A stretch of DNA of 63,841 nucleotides, filler included, from Reclinomonas americana ATCC 50394 (Eukaryota), in NCBI GenBank assembly GCA_048213135.1. It is 5 parts of 4 records of this genome, joined end to end, with 100 filler letters (N's around TTAATTAATTAA, not from the genome) between each part and the next. Parts side by side here need not be neighbours in the genome. Positions count along the whole stretch, not along the records: positions 30,465 to 56,517 come from PS015623.1; 4 more parts are not named here. One strand, 5' to 3'. The position numbers and the translations under genes are program-made. This document shows, in pieces, positions 40,679-52,236 of the stretch. The notes under the pieces were generated by a model. It had not been told where the DNA came from and made no database searches. It saw only the letters and a program-made list of their open reading frames with translations. Each line of letters opens with the position of its first letter. Positions within the stretch are counted from its first letter, which is position 1.

Positions 40679-41451
40679 ATGTCAGAGCGAGGTGGCGGTG
40701 GCTCCGCATCAGCACTCGCACCCTCCTCCTCCGCGTCATCGCTGTCATCCGCGAGCAATGGTTCGTCGGCGGTTGCTTCCGCTGCTCCTCCAGCAGGCAG
40801 CAGCAGCAGCAGTGCAGCAGCAGGCGGCGAGTCAAGGAACTCTGTCGTGCTCAAGATCGGCATGCTCGGCGACGCGCAAGTAGGGTGCGTGAGTTTGCGT
40901 GTGATCACGCGCGTGACATGTCGCGTTTTTTTTGCTCACACGCACGCACGCACGCAGCAAAACGAGTTTGATGGTCAAGTACGTCGACGGGTGCTTTGAC
41001 GAGGACTACATTCAGACACTGGGCGTCAACTTTCTCGAGAAGACCATCAGTGTGAAGAACACTGACATCACTTTTGTCATTTGGGATGTGGGAGGTGCGT
41101 CGTCCTTTTTGCGCGCTCTCTCTCACTGTGTGTGTGTGCTTAGTGCGTGTGTGTATGTGTTGTAGGCCAAAAGGAGTTTCGCGGAATGGTGCCTATTGCG
41201 TGCAACGACGCTGTGGCCATTCTGTTCATGTTTGACTTGACACGACCGGGGTCACTGGAGAATGTCAAGGACTGGTTCAAGACGTCGCGGAAAGAGAACA
41301 AGGTGTTGTGTGTGTGTGTGAGCAGAGAGCATTGAGTGAGTGATTTGAGTGCTCATTTGTGTTGTAGACGGCGTTCCCGTTCCTCATTGGGACCAAGTAC
41401 GATGAGTTTGCCGACAAGGACGATGTGTATAGGGATGATGTTATCAGGAAG
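40679..41451 (+). CDS. Spg1/Tem1 small GTPase, 5' exons
   Basis: LKIGMLGDAQVGKTSLMVKYV, DEDYIQTLGVNFLEK, IWDVGGQKEF, CNDAVAILFMFDLTR, LIGTKYD. Confidence 0.92.
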
Positions 41452-42105
41452 GCGCGTTCTGGATGGAGGAGTGTGTGTGGTCGTCTTCGCGGTTGTGTTT
41501 CTCTTTCGTGAGATCCGATTATCCGTCGCTCCTTCCCCGCTGCTCGCGGTGTTTCTCTCGTGTAGCAGTGGAGCTGTGTTGTCTCAACGCGCTCACACAT
41601 TGTTAACTTGGCTCTGCTCGCCTCTCTTTCCTCCCTCCCTCTCTGCTGTGTTGTCTCCTCACGCTGTCTTGGGGTTCTCTCTCTCTCTTTCCATCGCTGC
41701 TGACGGTGTTCTCTCGTGGACGCTGCTATCCGTGTTGTCTTGTCGCGCTCACACATCGTGCATCTTGGCACTCTTGCCATTCTCCGTGCTCGCCCTGTTT
41801 CCTCTCGCCTCTCTGCTGTGTTGTATCTTGGGTTTCTCTCTCTCTCTCTCNNNNNNNNNNNNNNNNNNNNNNNNNNNNNNNNNNNNNNNNNNNNNNNNNN
41901 NNNNNNNNNNNNNNNNNNNNNNNNNNNNNNNNNNNNNNNNNNNNNNNNNNNNNNNNNNNNNCCCCCTCCTTCCACTCCTTCCCCCCTCCTTCCCTCCTTC
42001 CCTTCTCCCCCTTCTCCCCCTTCTCCCCCCTCCTCCTCCCCCTCCTTCCCCCTTCACTTCTCCCTTCTCTTCCCCCTTCTCCTTCTCACTCCTTTCTCCT
42101 CGCAG

Positions 42106-42765
42106 ATCCTGTCAGAGCGCGTGCCCTACGCCCAGACGCTGCACCTGAATGTGATCCGCTGCATCAAGGAGTCCTGCTGCAAGGTCGCGCAGGATTACGA
42201 AAAGGAGCTGGCGCAGACGGGTCTGAGCCACGTGGACGAGTACGAGTTGCCCGACGGGCGACGCATCTGTGCGTCCCTCACTCTTGGTTTTTCGCTTCCC
42301 TTCTCCCTCTCACCCTTCTGGCCACAGCCGTCGGCAGCGAGTCATTCCGCTGCCCCGAAGCCCTCTTCCAGCCCTCCATGATCGGCCTCAACTGCAGCGG
42401 CATCTCCGAGACGCTGTACAACTCTATTGGCCGGTGCGACGAGGATATTCGCGAGGACATGTACAAGAACGTCGTGCTCACCGGCGGCTCCACCATGTTC
42501 AAGGGTAAGGCGCTACCGGTCAGATGTAGTGATCTGCGTTTCTCACAGCATGCACACAGACATTGCCGATCGGCTAAAGAAGGAGCTGGAGAACTTTGCG
42601 CCCCCGGGCCAAGATATCGAAGTGAACGGTGTGCCCGACCGCAAGCACGGCGCGTGGATTGGCGGTGCCGTGCTCGCCTCCACCTCCTCATTCAACAACC
42701 TGTGGATCACGCGCAAGGAGTTTGCAGAGATCGGGCCCTCGATCATTCACCACAAGTGCTTCTGA
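42106..42765 (+). CDS. Divergent actin / actin-related protein, 3' exons
   Basis: [53 protein letters not shown] then stop. Confidence 0.9.
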
Positions 42766-42823
42766 AACATGAGATGAAATTTAACGCGCAAACGCTTACT
42801 TTTTTTCGCAATCGACAACGGAG

Positions 42824-43435
42824 ATGGGAACGTGCGTGTGGCGAGAAGAGTGTGTGTGTGTGAGTGCGTGTGCTCACTCTGTGTGTGTGTGTGTTTGTAT
42901 GTGTGTTCAGCTCTCACCCCGTGCACACGACCCGCGAGGTGACTGGTATGTTTTAATACTTTGCGAATGCGTATGAGAAGCAGCAACAGAAGAGTGTGCG
43001 CCTGAGTGTGTGAGAAGAGCGAGTGTGCGTGTGTGTGAGAGTGTCTGTCTGATTTCGTCTGTTTTTTCGATGCGCACACACACGCACACATCGCAACAGA
43101 GTGCGCGCGCATGTGTGTGTGTCTATGAATGAGAGTGTGACTGGAGGGAGTGTGAGACGCGAGAAGAGACACAGAACGAATCTCATTAGTGTTTTGACTG
43201 TGAGAATGAGGCAATTAGTGAGCTCTCACTCTCTTGTTCTCGCAGACACTGTCACCGAGGCAACGGCAACAGCCAGCGCACATGCGTTTGACGAGCTCGG
43301 CGGCCACGCGGTCACTGGTAAGAGCGAGCAAACAAAACGCGCACACACATAAAGTCACTCACTGACTCTCTTCTCACAGACCTGCAGAAGCACGTGGTGA
43401 AGCCGACCACGGTGCCAGACACGCTTGCAGAGTAG
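42824..43435 (+). CDS. Predicted 56-aa four-exon microprotein
   Basis: Exons 42824-42831, 42911-42945, 43246-43317 and 43380-43435 join in frame with GTGCGT/GTATGT/GTAAGA donors and CAG acceptors. Confidence 0.55.
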
Positions 43436-43448
43436 CACACACACACAC

Positions 43449-43482
<34 letters not shown>

Positions 43483-44089
43483 GCGCGCATCATGACAAAA
43501 AGATGATTGACTAATGATGTTGTTGTTGTGTGTTGCTTTTAATGAAGAAACAACACACGCACAACGCAACACTCTGTCGTTTGTCTCTCTCTCGTCCACT
43601 GTGTGTCTGTTTACAAGCTGAGGCCAAAGCTGAAGCCTGGTGCGTTCTTTGCACCGCCCATTTGGTCGACAGGGCCGCTCTCCTGTGTGAGTGCGTTGTG
43701 TGTTGTGAGAGACTGGTGTGTGTGTGAAGGGTGACTGCTGTGACGCAACAGCAACGCTTTCCACTTCGTTGTGCATGCCGAGCACAGTGGCTGTTTGTGT
43801 GAGTGAGTGAGACACGAAGAGAGCACTGATGTTGATGATGATTACGTATACGCACTCTGTGTGTGTGCCTCCGAGGTGCCGTGCTCAGTCGATGATGCGC
43901 TGCCCATGTGCGTTGAGAATGCGTTTCTTGAGAGAAGTTCTCACGGTGTCCTCCTTCACGTCCCGACGATCAATTCCACGCCCGTCATTCGTATCTACGA
44001 TGAACACGCGTGTACGAATGCTGTGTCATGATATGCGCCACGCCGCGCCCAGTTTATTCTTTCACAGACAGAGCGCACGACGTCGACGT

Positions 44090-46266
44090 TCACTCCTCGT
44101 GGCGCTCCAGTGCCGGCATCCACTGCAGCAGCTGCGCCAGCGCCGGGGCGCCGTATCGCATGCGTCCCTCTGCCAGGCGGCGATATCGGCTGGCTTCGCT
44201 CACGGCTTTGAGCAGGTGGCGCACGTGCCTCCACTGGAACCGGCTGCCCAGCATCGACGTCTGGCTGTGGTACGCAAACAGCAGGCACTCCATGGCGGCG
44301 GCGGAACCCTGTTTCGCAGTGAGCCAACTGGTATTTCTCTTGAATATTTTTTCTCCTTTGCACGCAACGTCGTCCACAATGGCCGTGTGATACGTTGCGG
44401 CTCGCATCTCCAGCAGGTGGACCTCGGCGCCGACCTGCAGCCACCCGTACATGCGCTCCTTGGCCACATCCCTGGCGGATATCTGCAGCCGACTGATGCG
44501 AGCCTGTAGCGCCTGCGCCATGTGCGCCAGCAGCTTGGCGCGATCGGCTTGCACCGTCGCCATCGGGGAGCCACTCGGCAGCACTTCACCCAGCAGTACC
44601 GAATACAGCGGCCCGCCCTTGAGTCGCAGTTTCAGGTCAATATCGGGCCGCGTAGACGACAACTGAGCATCGCCGGTCGCGGCCCCACCAATACTGACGT
44701 GCACGTGCTCGGCCAAGGAAGCAGAGGCACAGCCGCGATAGGCATACAAGTTGGCCTGTGGTGCATGCCACGTTGGTCTTTTTCCACACAAATATGTACT
44801 GGTGCATGAAGCAGTTTCGATACCTTGCCAATGGCGGTGGCCAGCGAGACAATCGAGTGCGTTGTGTGCACTTGCAACTGCGTGTCGGACGAGGCAACCA
44901 CTGGCACGAAAATGTCGGAGCACACGAGGGTGTTGAAGGCCCAGCGGGCGAATGCGGGAAACGGCAGCAGTGGCACATCGGAGGACATGAATTCCAGGTG
45001 CCAGTTGCCGAGTTCACCCGCTTCGCGTGTCTCTCCACTCGAGCTCGCGTCCGCAGAAATGGATGAACTCGATAGGGTTGCTGGTGGCAAGGACGCTGAC
45101 GGTGGTGCTGGTGATGGTGGTGGCTGCTGCTGCATGCGCAGCGAGTCGACCTCGCCGACGACGGTACTGTGGCCGGTGCCACTGGTGGAACGAAGTTCGT
45201 TGAATGCCGCCAGCGCCAGCAGCATCTCGCTCAGTGGTCGATGAGTCTCTGCACTCGAGCTCACCTCCGCAGAAGCGGATGAATTCGAAAGGGTTGTTGC
45301 TGGTGGCAAGGATGCTGGTACCGGTGGTGGTGCTGGCTGCTGCAGCGAGTCGATCTCACGAACGAATGTGCGGTGGCCGGTGGCAGAGCGAAGTTCGTTG
45401 ACTGCCGCCAACAGCAGCTCGCTGGTGGTGACACAAAGGGAGGTGAGGGCGCGTGCTTGCCAGCTTTCACAAATGCAAACGCTGCGCACGCAACTCAAAG
45501 TCCACTTCGTCGCCCCTGGCACGCGAGAGAGACAGTGAGTCAAATTCACATTGCGACCAACACGCATGCCTCACACCTTTCAAAGAGGCGCTTCCAGTTG
45601 CGCAGCAATGGATCACTGTCCACATCCCACCCGCCGTCGCCGAACACGGTGCTGCAGTGAACTCGCCCGCTCACGCAGCCAATGCCGGCCTCGTACAACA
45701 ACTCTTGCGTCGAATGCAGACCGAGAAACTCGTCCAACGCCACTGGTGCCTCCAGTGCTGCTGTTTGCTCGGCATCAGATGATAAGCAGTGGGCACACCA
45801 ACACAGAGCTCACGCAACACAGGTAGTCCTCCTCAGAGACAGTCTCCAAGTTGCGCGGCGCGACTTCCACACGCATGTCGTGATCACCGTCGTCGACATA
45901 CGCACGCGGTGCGTGCACGTGGGCGGGCGTCACCGACACGGCATAGTCTCCGTCGTCACCATCGTCGCCATCAATGCCTTCGTGTTCCATTGGCGCCGGA
46001 ACACGATGACCACCCTTCACTTGCGCATGCGCCTGGCGTGGATTCGATGCGTGCATGTGCTGCGCATGCGCAGTCACCGGCGCTGCTGCACGCTGTCGCT
46101 TCCGTGGCGGCCGGTGCTGTGGCAACTCAGCCTCCGCCACCGCAGCCTGTCGCTTGGTGCCTTTTCCCATTGTATCGGAAACTGTTGGAAAGAGCGGGAG
46201 GCCAGTCGATTTGATGAAGCAGTGAAAGCTGGCCAGTACTTTGTCAACCTTGCGAGAAGCAGTCAT
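44090..46266 (-). CDS. Hypothetical protein with C-terminal restriction-endonuclease-like (Crinkler-type) domain and an internal duplication
   Basis: RPDIDL..VLLGEV..DRAKLLAHMAQAL..YGWLQVG.EVHLLEM; long exons; 5' structure approximate. Confidence 0.55.
45020..45420 (-). repeat. Intragenic coding duplication, two units of about 200 bp
   Basis: LLLAAVNELRSATGH..REIDSL..SLPPATTLSNSSASAEVSSSAET versus LLALAAFNELRSTSGTGH..GEVDSL..SLPPATLSSSSISADASSSGET. Confidence 0.85.
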
Positions 46267-46703
46267 GGGCAGCGCCAGCAGTTCGGAGACCGGCGTGAGT
46301 GAGGCCACAACACACACCACCGTCCTCGGCGAGGACAACGAAGGTGCGTGCGGTGACATGATCGAGTGCCTATTGTGATAGTCATTGCGTGCCTTTCATG
46401 TGCATCCGTGTGGAAGAGTGAGAGACAGTGGTGGTCTTGTGCACTCGCTCGCACTGACTCCAGTTCTTCATTCTCCGCAGTGGAGTCGATTGCGATTTCT
46501 GGAGGTGTCGAGCAAGAGGGCAGCGCCACAAACGCTCCATCGGTGAGCGACACACACTCGCACTTCTCACTGCTCTCCCCCTCGATACTCACCACACGCG
46601 CACATAGTTCGGCCTCAAACTCTCACTTTGATTGTGATCAGTCGCGCGCAATGTCTCGCAGTCAGTGAACAATCCATTGAGCGATTTCATTACATACACG
46701 CGT

Positions 46704-48507
46704 TCACGGATGCACGGGATTTCGTGGCACAGTGATAGTCACGACTTGCGGTGCACTGGAGGGTGCTGCGGAGGGCGGGAGACTGCTGGAGTGCTGCAAG
46801 AATACGCCAGCACCTGGCACTGAGGCGCCCGGCAGCGATGGGTACAGATCCATGTAGCAGGGTGGTGGTGTGACCACGTCTTCCAGCTCGCCGTCCACCA
46901 TGGGCACAGCGAGACTGGAGCCAGAGGGACCCGCTCCGGCGGCCGCGGAGGACACGACTGCAGGCGGAGGAGGTGACAGCGGCATGACGGGAGCTGATGG
47001 CACAGCACCGCTGCCGTCGGCCGTGGCTGCCGCATCTGCTGCTTCCGTGTCGGCCTGACGCGAACGGAAGCGTGCAATGGCGGCGTCTATGTGACGGGGG
47101 GCAGTGAGTACGAGGATGTGTGCGCGTAGGTGGAGAAGCACAGAGCAGCAGCAGCGAACCAAAGCGCGACGGAACCACGAGTCGCTGCACCCAGAAACAG
47201 ACGGGTTGAATGCCGGTGACAAAGAAGGCAAGTGAATGAGCGAGCACGACGTACCATGTGGACGTACTCGCGTGGAACCTCCTTCTTGAAGAACTGTGGA
47301 GAAGAAAGAGTCTTGAGCAAGAAAATCTTCTGGCCTGCCCCACCAAAGAGCGACTCACAAACACGCGAGCGGAACACTCGTCAGTCACAGAGGCTCCCGT
47401 TGTGCCGCGCGCCATCAGATACGCTCTTGCCGCATTCAGCGCCTGATAGTCGGCGTGCAACACGTGCTGCCGCGCCGCGCCCTCCTCCATGAGTCGCGCA
47501 GCGATTTCCTTTCGCTCCTCCTCACGCGCCTCATGCTCTGCCCACAACGAAACCGTCAACACCAGCCACCTCTTCGCGCCTCGCGCATGCACAGACTCTC
47601 TCACCTCCATCGCGCATCGCCGACGCCGTCAACCGTCGATGCCTGCCCGCCCCCCAAAAAATCAACAAAAAACTCGCGCTCGCAACTGCACTCTATGGAA
47701 CTCACGTGTGTCGCTTCTTGAGAATGCACGGGAACGCCACAGGCCACACACAGCAGCAGGCACAGCCACCGCCTGCACTCCGCAAATCGATCAGGCGGCG
47801 ACGGAACCCATCATTGACAGAAAAGAACACACACACACAACACACCATCTGCACAGCATGCACCGCAGCCTTCTCCGCACTTGCTCGAGCACCAGTCCAC
47901 TGGGAGGTCATACAACATCGCCTGCCAACACTTACCGCAGCCTTTCCAGAACCTCGCTGTGTGTCGCACAGACAGACAGTGAATTTCCCCGCTCATCGTC
48001 ACTCTCTCACACGTGCACACAAGTACTCTCCGCATGTGCTCTCGCTCTCTTTGCGCTCTGTGTGTGTGCGTGTACCACTGCGCCACGCAACGATTGAAGA
48101 CGCACTCGCGGAACACAAAAATGATGCATTTGATAAAGTAGTAGAGCAGGAGGACCACCAGGAAGATGAGGGCGCACAGGCCACCGTTATCTGCGCACAC
48201 ACACGAGCGGAGAAGAGAAGAGAACGCACACACACATGGATGTCAGCGCATGGTGCGAGTTGTGTGTGCGAGGCCGACTGAACTGTTGTGGCGCGACATG
48301 GGAGTCGCCAGCGATGTGTGTGCGTGGGTGTACACGCTGGGTGTGAGGAGTGCGCTGGCGTGCCGCAGAGAGATCGCGACAATCACGAACGGGACATATC
48401 GAAGTTTGCCACTGCCCAGCGATGTTCAAGCACCCAGAGCAGTCGTACATCGCGAGGATAGAAGGACTCGTCGATACCATCGCTGTTTCATTCATCATGT
48501 ACACCAT
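46704..48507 (-). CDS. Hypothetical Cys-rich membrane protein (one or two genes; structure uncertain)
   Basis: Hydrophobic LCALIFLVVLLLYYFIKCIIFVF, Cys clusters (CSSKCGEGCGACC, CACCC), charged helix and Pro-rich PPPCY tail in exon-like blocks. Confidence 0.4.
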
Positions 48508-48566
48508 GCTCAGTGAGCGATTCCAGCATCACTGCGCTGCTGTCGGTCGTGGCGCGAGTGGAGGCG

Positions 48567-49732
48567 TCACCGTCGACCGCCGACCACTCCTACCAACACA
48601 TAACTCGTCACGATACCGATGCCCTTGACTGCACAGCACACGAAACACCGAGTCAGATAAAACAACACACATGCTCCCTCCCCTGTTCCTCGCCTCACCT
48701 TCGACACTCGCTGCCTCCACCTCAAACACTCCACGCGTCTTGCGATGTGTCGACTGCCAAAAAACAACGAGTGTCAACAGCGAACGATGACAACTCATAC
48801 CGTCGCGGACGCTCACCTCACTCAGTTGAATCATGCCGAACGGCGCCGAGCTCTCCATCCGAGACGCCATGTTCACGGAATCTGTGTGGACACAGAGACG
48901 GGTCAATCAAACGCTCGCTGATCAACAGTGGTCTCTCCCTTTCCCCCACCCTCACTCACTCACCGCCATATAAGTCGAACGTGCGAATCAGACCCGCAAC
49001 AATCCCCGATGTCACTGGCCCCGTGTTCACACCAATGCGGAACTTGATCTCCACTTGCCGCTGTGCGACACAGACAGACTCGTTACAAACCACACCATAC
49101 GCAACAAACAGCATGTCGACCACACAAACGCAACTCGCTGGCACAACTCCAAGATTGCCTGCTTCGCAGCCATTGTAAATTCCACCACGGCCGTCGCGTG
49201 ATCGTGTCGTGGCAAGTACATGCCCGACACGGCAAGATAGGCCGAGCCTGTAGCGGCGATAAGCTGACGATAACACACTTTAGCCCCTTGACCTCACTCA
49301 CCAATGGTCTTCACGCGCTCAATGTTGTGCTGCTTCACCAGCCGGTCGAATGCACCAAGCAGCTGGTGCAGCACTTCAATCTTCTCCAGCAGCGAAACGT
49401 TAACCTTGCCGTCACCACCCGCCGCAGCCGCTCCTGTACTCTCGTCGTGTTCAGCAGCAGCAGCAGCAGAGATAATTCCCTCTTCACACTCACCTGCACT
49501 GCCGGCCGCGTGTTGCACCGACAACACCTTGATGAACGTGCACGTCACCTCCGGGTGGAACTCAAACATAGTCGGCGGTGTTTCAGTCTCGTCCAACGAC
49601 GCCTGCGTCGAGTTATTCAGCGTGGTGACAAAGCTGCGCTGCGTCACGCGACTTCATCTCACCGTGTCCAGCAAGTTCTGAGCACTGCCAAACGACTGTG
49701 CCGTCAGCCTCTCCAGCGCTGCGCGCGGGAAC
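48567..49732 (-). CDS. Class III adenylyl cyclase, C-terminal catalytic domain (5'-partial)
   Basis: FDRLVKQHNIERVKTIGSAY, FRIGVNTGPVTSGIV, TFDLYGDSVNMASRMES, IQLSE, VKGIGIVTSY. Confidence 0.9.
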
Positions 49733-50648
49733 NNNNNNNNNNNNNNNNNNNNNNNNNNNNNNNNNNNNNNNNNNNNNNNNNNNNNNNNNNNNNNNNNNNN
49801 NNNNNNNNNNNNNNNNNNNNNNNNNNNNNNNNNNNNNNNNNNNNNNNNNNNNNNNNNNNNNNNNNNNNNNNNNNNNNNNNNNNNNNNNNNNNNNNNNNNN
49901 NNNNNNNNNNNNNNNNNNNNNNNNNNNNNNNNNNNNNNNNNNNNNNNNNNNNNNNNNNNNNNNNNNNNNNNNNNNNNNNNNNNNNNNNNNNNNNNNNNNN
50001 NNNNNNNNNNNNNNNNNNNNNNNNNNNNNNNNNNNNNNNNNNNNNNNNNNNNNNNNNNNNNNNNNNNNNNNNNNNNNNNNNNNNNNNNNNNNNNNNNNNN
50101 NNNNNNNNNNNNNNNNNNNNNNNNNNNNNNNNNNNNNNNNNNNNNNNNNNNNNNNNNNNNNNNNNNNNNNNNNNNNNNNNNNNNNNNNNNNNNNNNNNNN
50201 NNNNNNNNNNNNNNNNNNNNNNNNNNNNNNNNNNNNNNNNNNNNNNNNNNNNNNNNNNNNNNNNNNNNNNNNNNNNNNNNNNNNNNNNNNNNNNNNNNNN
50301 NNNNNNNNNNNNNNNNNNNNNNNNNNNNNNNNNNNNNNNNNNNNNNNNNNNNNNNNNNNNNNNNNNNNNNNNNNNNNNNNNNNNNNNNNNNNNNNNNNNN
50401 NNNNNNNNNNNNNNNNNNNNNNNNNNNNNNNNNNNNNNNNNNNNNNNNNNNNNNNNNNNNNNNNNNNNNNNNNNNNNNNNNNNNNNNNNNNNNNNNNNNN
50501 NNNNNNNNNNNNNNNNNNNNNNNNNNNNNNNNNNNNNNNNNNNNNNNNNNNNNNNNNNNNNNNNNNNNNNNNNNNNNNNNNNNNNNNNNNNNNNNNNNNN
50601 NNNNNNNNNNNNNNNNNNNNNNNNNNNNNNNNNNNNNNNNNNNNNNTC

Positions 50649-51849
50649 ATGATGAACGCAGCATCTGCTTCGGCGTCACACATGAACCAGTCGCACACCC
50701 AACGACACCGACGACGACGACGACGACGACAACGCAGCGGCACTGCGAAGGATGATTCTCACTCATCAACGACCGCGACACCCACTTCTCACCCCGAGAG
50801 TGCCACTGCGCCGAAGGAGACTGCATTGCTCAGTTCATCAGCGGCAGCTGGCAGCCGTGCGACCTCCCGCAGACGGCGTGCAACTCCCCACTATCGTGTG
50901 CCTCGCGGATCTGGGGTCGATGATGAGGAAGTGATGCGTCGCCTGCAACACTGGCTCGAGACAGACGGCCGGGCAACCGAGCAACAGGCGGATCACACGT
51001 TTGTTGTGCGGCGGACCACGATTGGTGCGTTTGTGTGCTGTGTGAAGATCATCGTGGTGTGGCAGTCACTTTTTGTTTACACAAGTGGCCTCTCTCTCTC
51101 TCCCTCTCTCTCGCTGCACAGGCAAGCCACCGCCGTTGAAGAAGTGGCGACAAAAGTGGCCGGAGGCTGTCGCGCAGAATGGCGGCCGTGCAGTGGATCC
51201 ACGCGAGGTGTTGCGAGGCAGCCGGTGTGCGGAGATGGATGGGCAGATGTTGATCGCACTTGAGAAGGAGTACGTCACCGGCGTGATCGAGCCGCAACAG
51301 TTTTCAGCCGGTCTCTGTCACCTGCAACAGTCGCTGGCCAAGTGCGTTGTCGACGGCACTGCGGTGTCTGTGGAGACTGTGCCTCTTCTGCGTGTGCTGC
51401 CGAGGAAGAGACGCGACCCGCATCGAGAACGAGTGTGTCTGCGAGTGTGGGTGGGGCCAGCGGCGGATCGAGTCGCTGTGTGTGAGACGATTCTGGCGGC
51501 TCGGCAACCGGATGGTGTGTTGTGGATGGTGCTATGCTGTCCACCGGAGGATGCGGTGTTCTATGGCTTGCCGAGCTACAAGCCGCGCAAGTTGAGAATT
51601 GAATGGGCCGCACCGGAATGGGCCATTACCGAGTACAACGTCGACAACTTCGACTTTGACAACTTCCTGGCAGATCCCTCTATCGGCGCGACATACGATC
51701 CAGCCTTATTCGGCTCCAAACGTTTTCCAGACGCCCAGACGATATCTGCAGACGTGAAGAGCGCTCATCTGCACGAGCTCATCTGCACGGACTCTGGCGT
51801 CGCCGACGGCGTTGGCGCGGAATGTGCATGTGGGCGCTTGCATGACTGA
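50649..51849 (+). CDS. Orphan tandem-family protein, copy 1 (2 exons)
   Basis: Exon 1 ends RRTTI, GTGCGT..CAG intron, exon 2 GKPPPLKKWRQKW...RLHD stop; highly similar to 54657-56088. Confidence 0.7.
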
Positions 51850-52236
51850 TCGATCTCTCTCGGATTGTCGGCACTCCATCACGACTTGAGGAGGTGTGTT
51901 CAGGCAAGTGAAACTGTTTGTGTCTCTTGAGTGTTTGGAGAAGATTGCACGTTTCTCGCTGCTGCAGATGCATGTGCTTGGTGCATGTGCTTGGTCGTAC
52001 ATGTGTTTGCATTGCTGTTGATATTTATGTGTTGCTCTGCGCGCAGCTCACATTTGACTGCCCTGCAGGTCACGGTGGTGCGCATGTTCGCATGCTGAGT
52101 TGACCGAAAGGAGTGCGCGGTAATGCATGGAAGCAAGCATTGCGTACAATAGGTATCACTTGCAATTGGTGGTTCATAGTTATCGCAAATTTCATTCCCA
52201 ACGTTTAGTGAGAAAGAATATTACTGGCAAGTCAGA

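Noticed and set aside
39400..42765. Spg1/Tem1 and actin-like genes each split across opposite strands, resembling gene scrambling or trans-splicing
   Set aside because: Flipping the gap-bounded contig 40377-41850 repairs both genes at once, so scaffold misorientation is the simplest explanation. Long reads would confirm.
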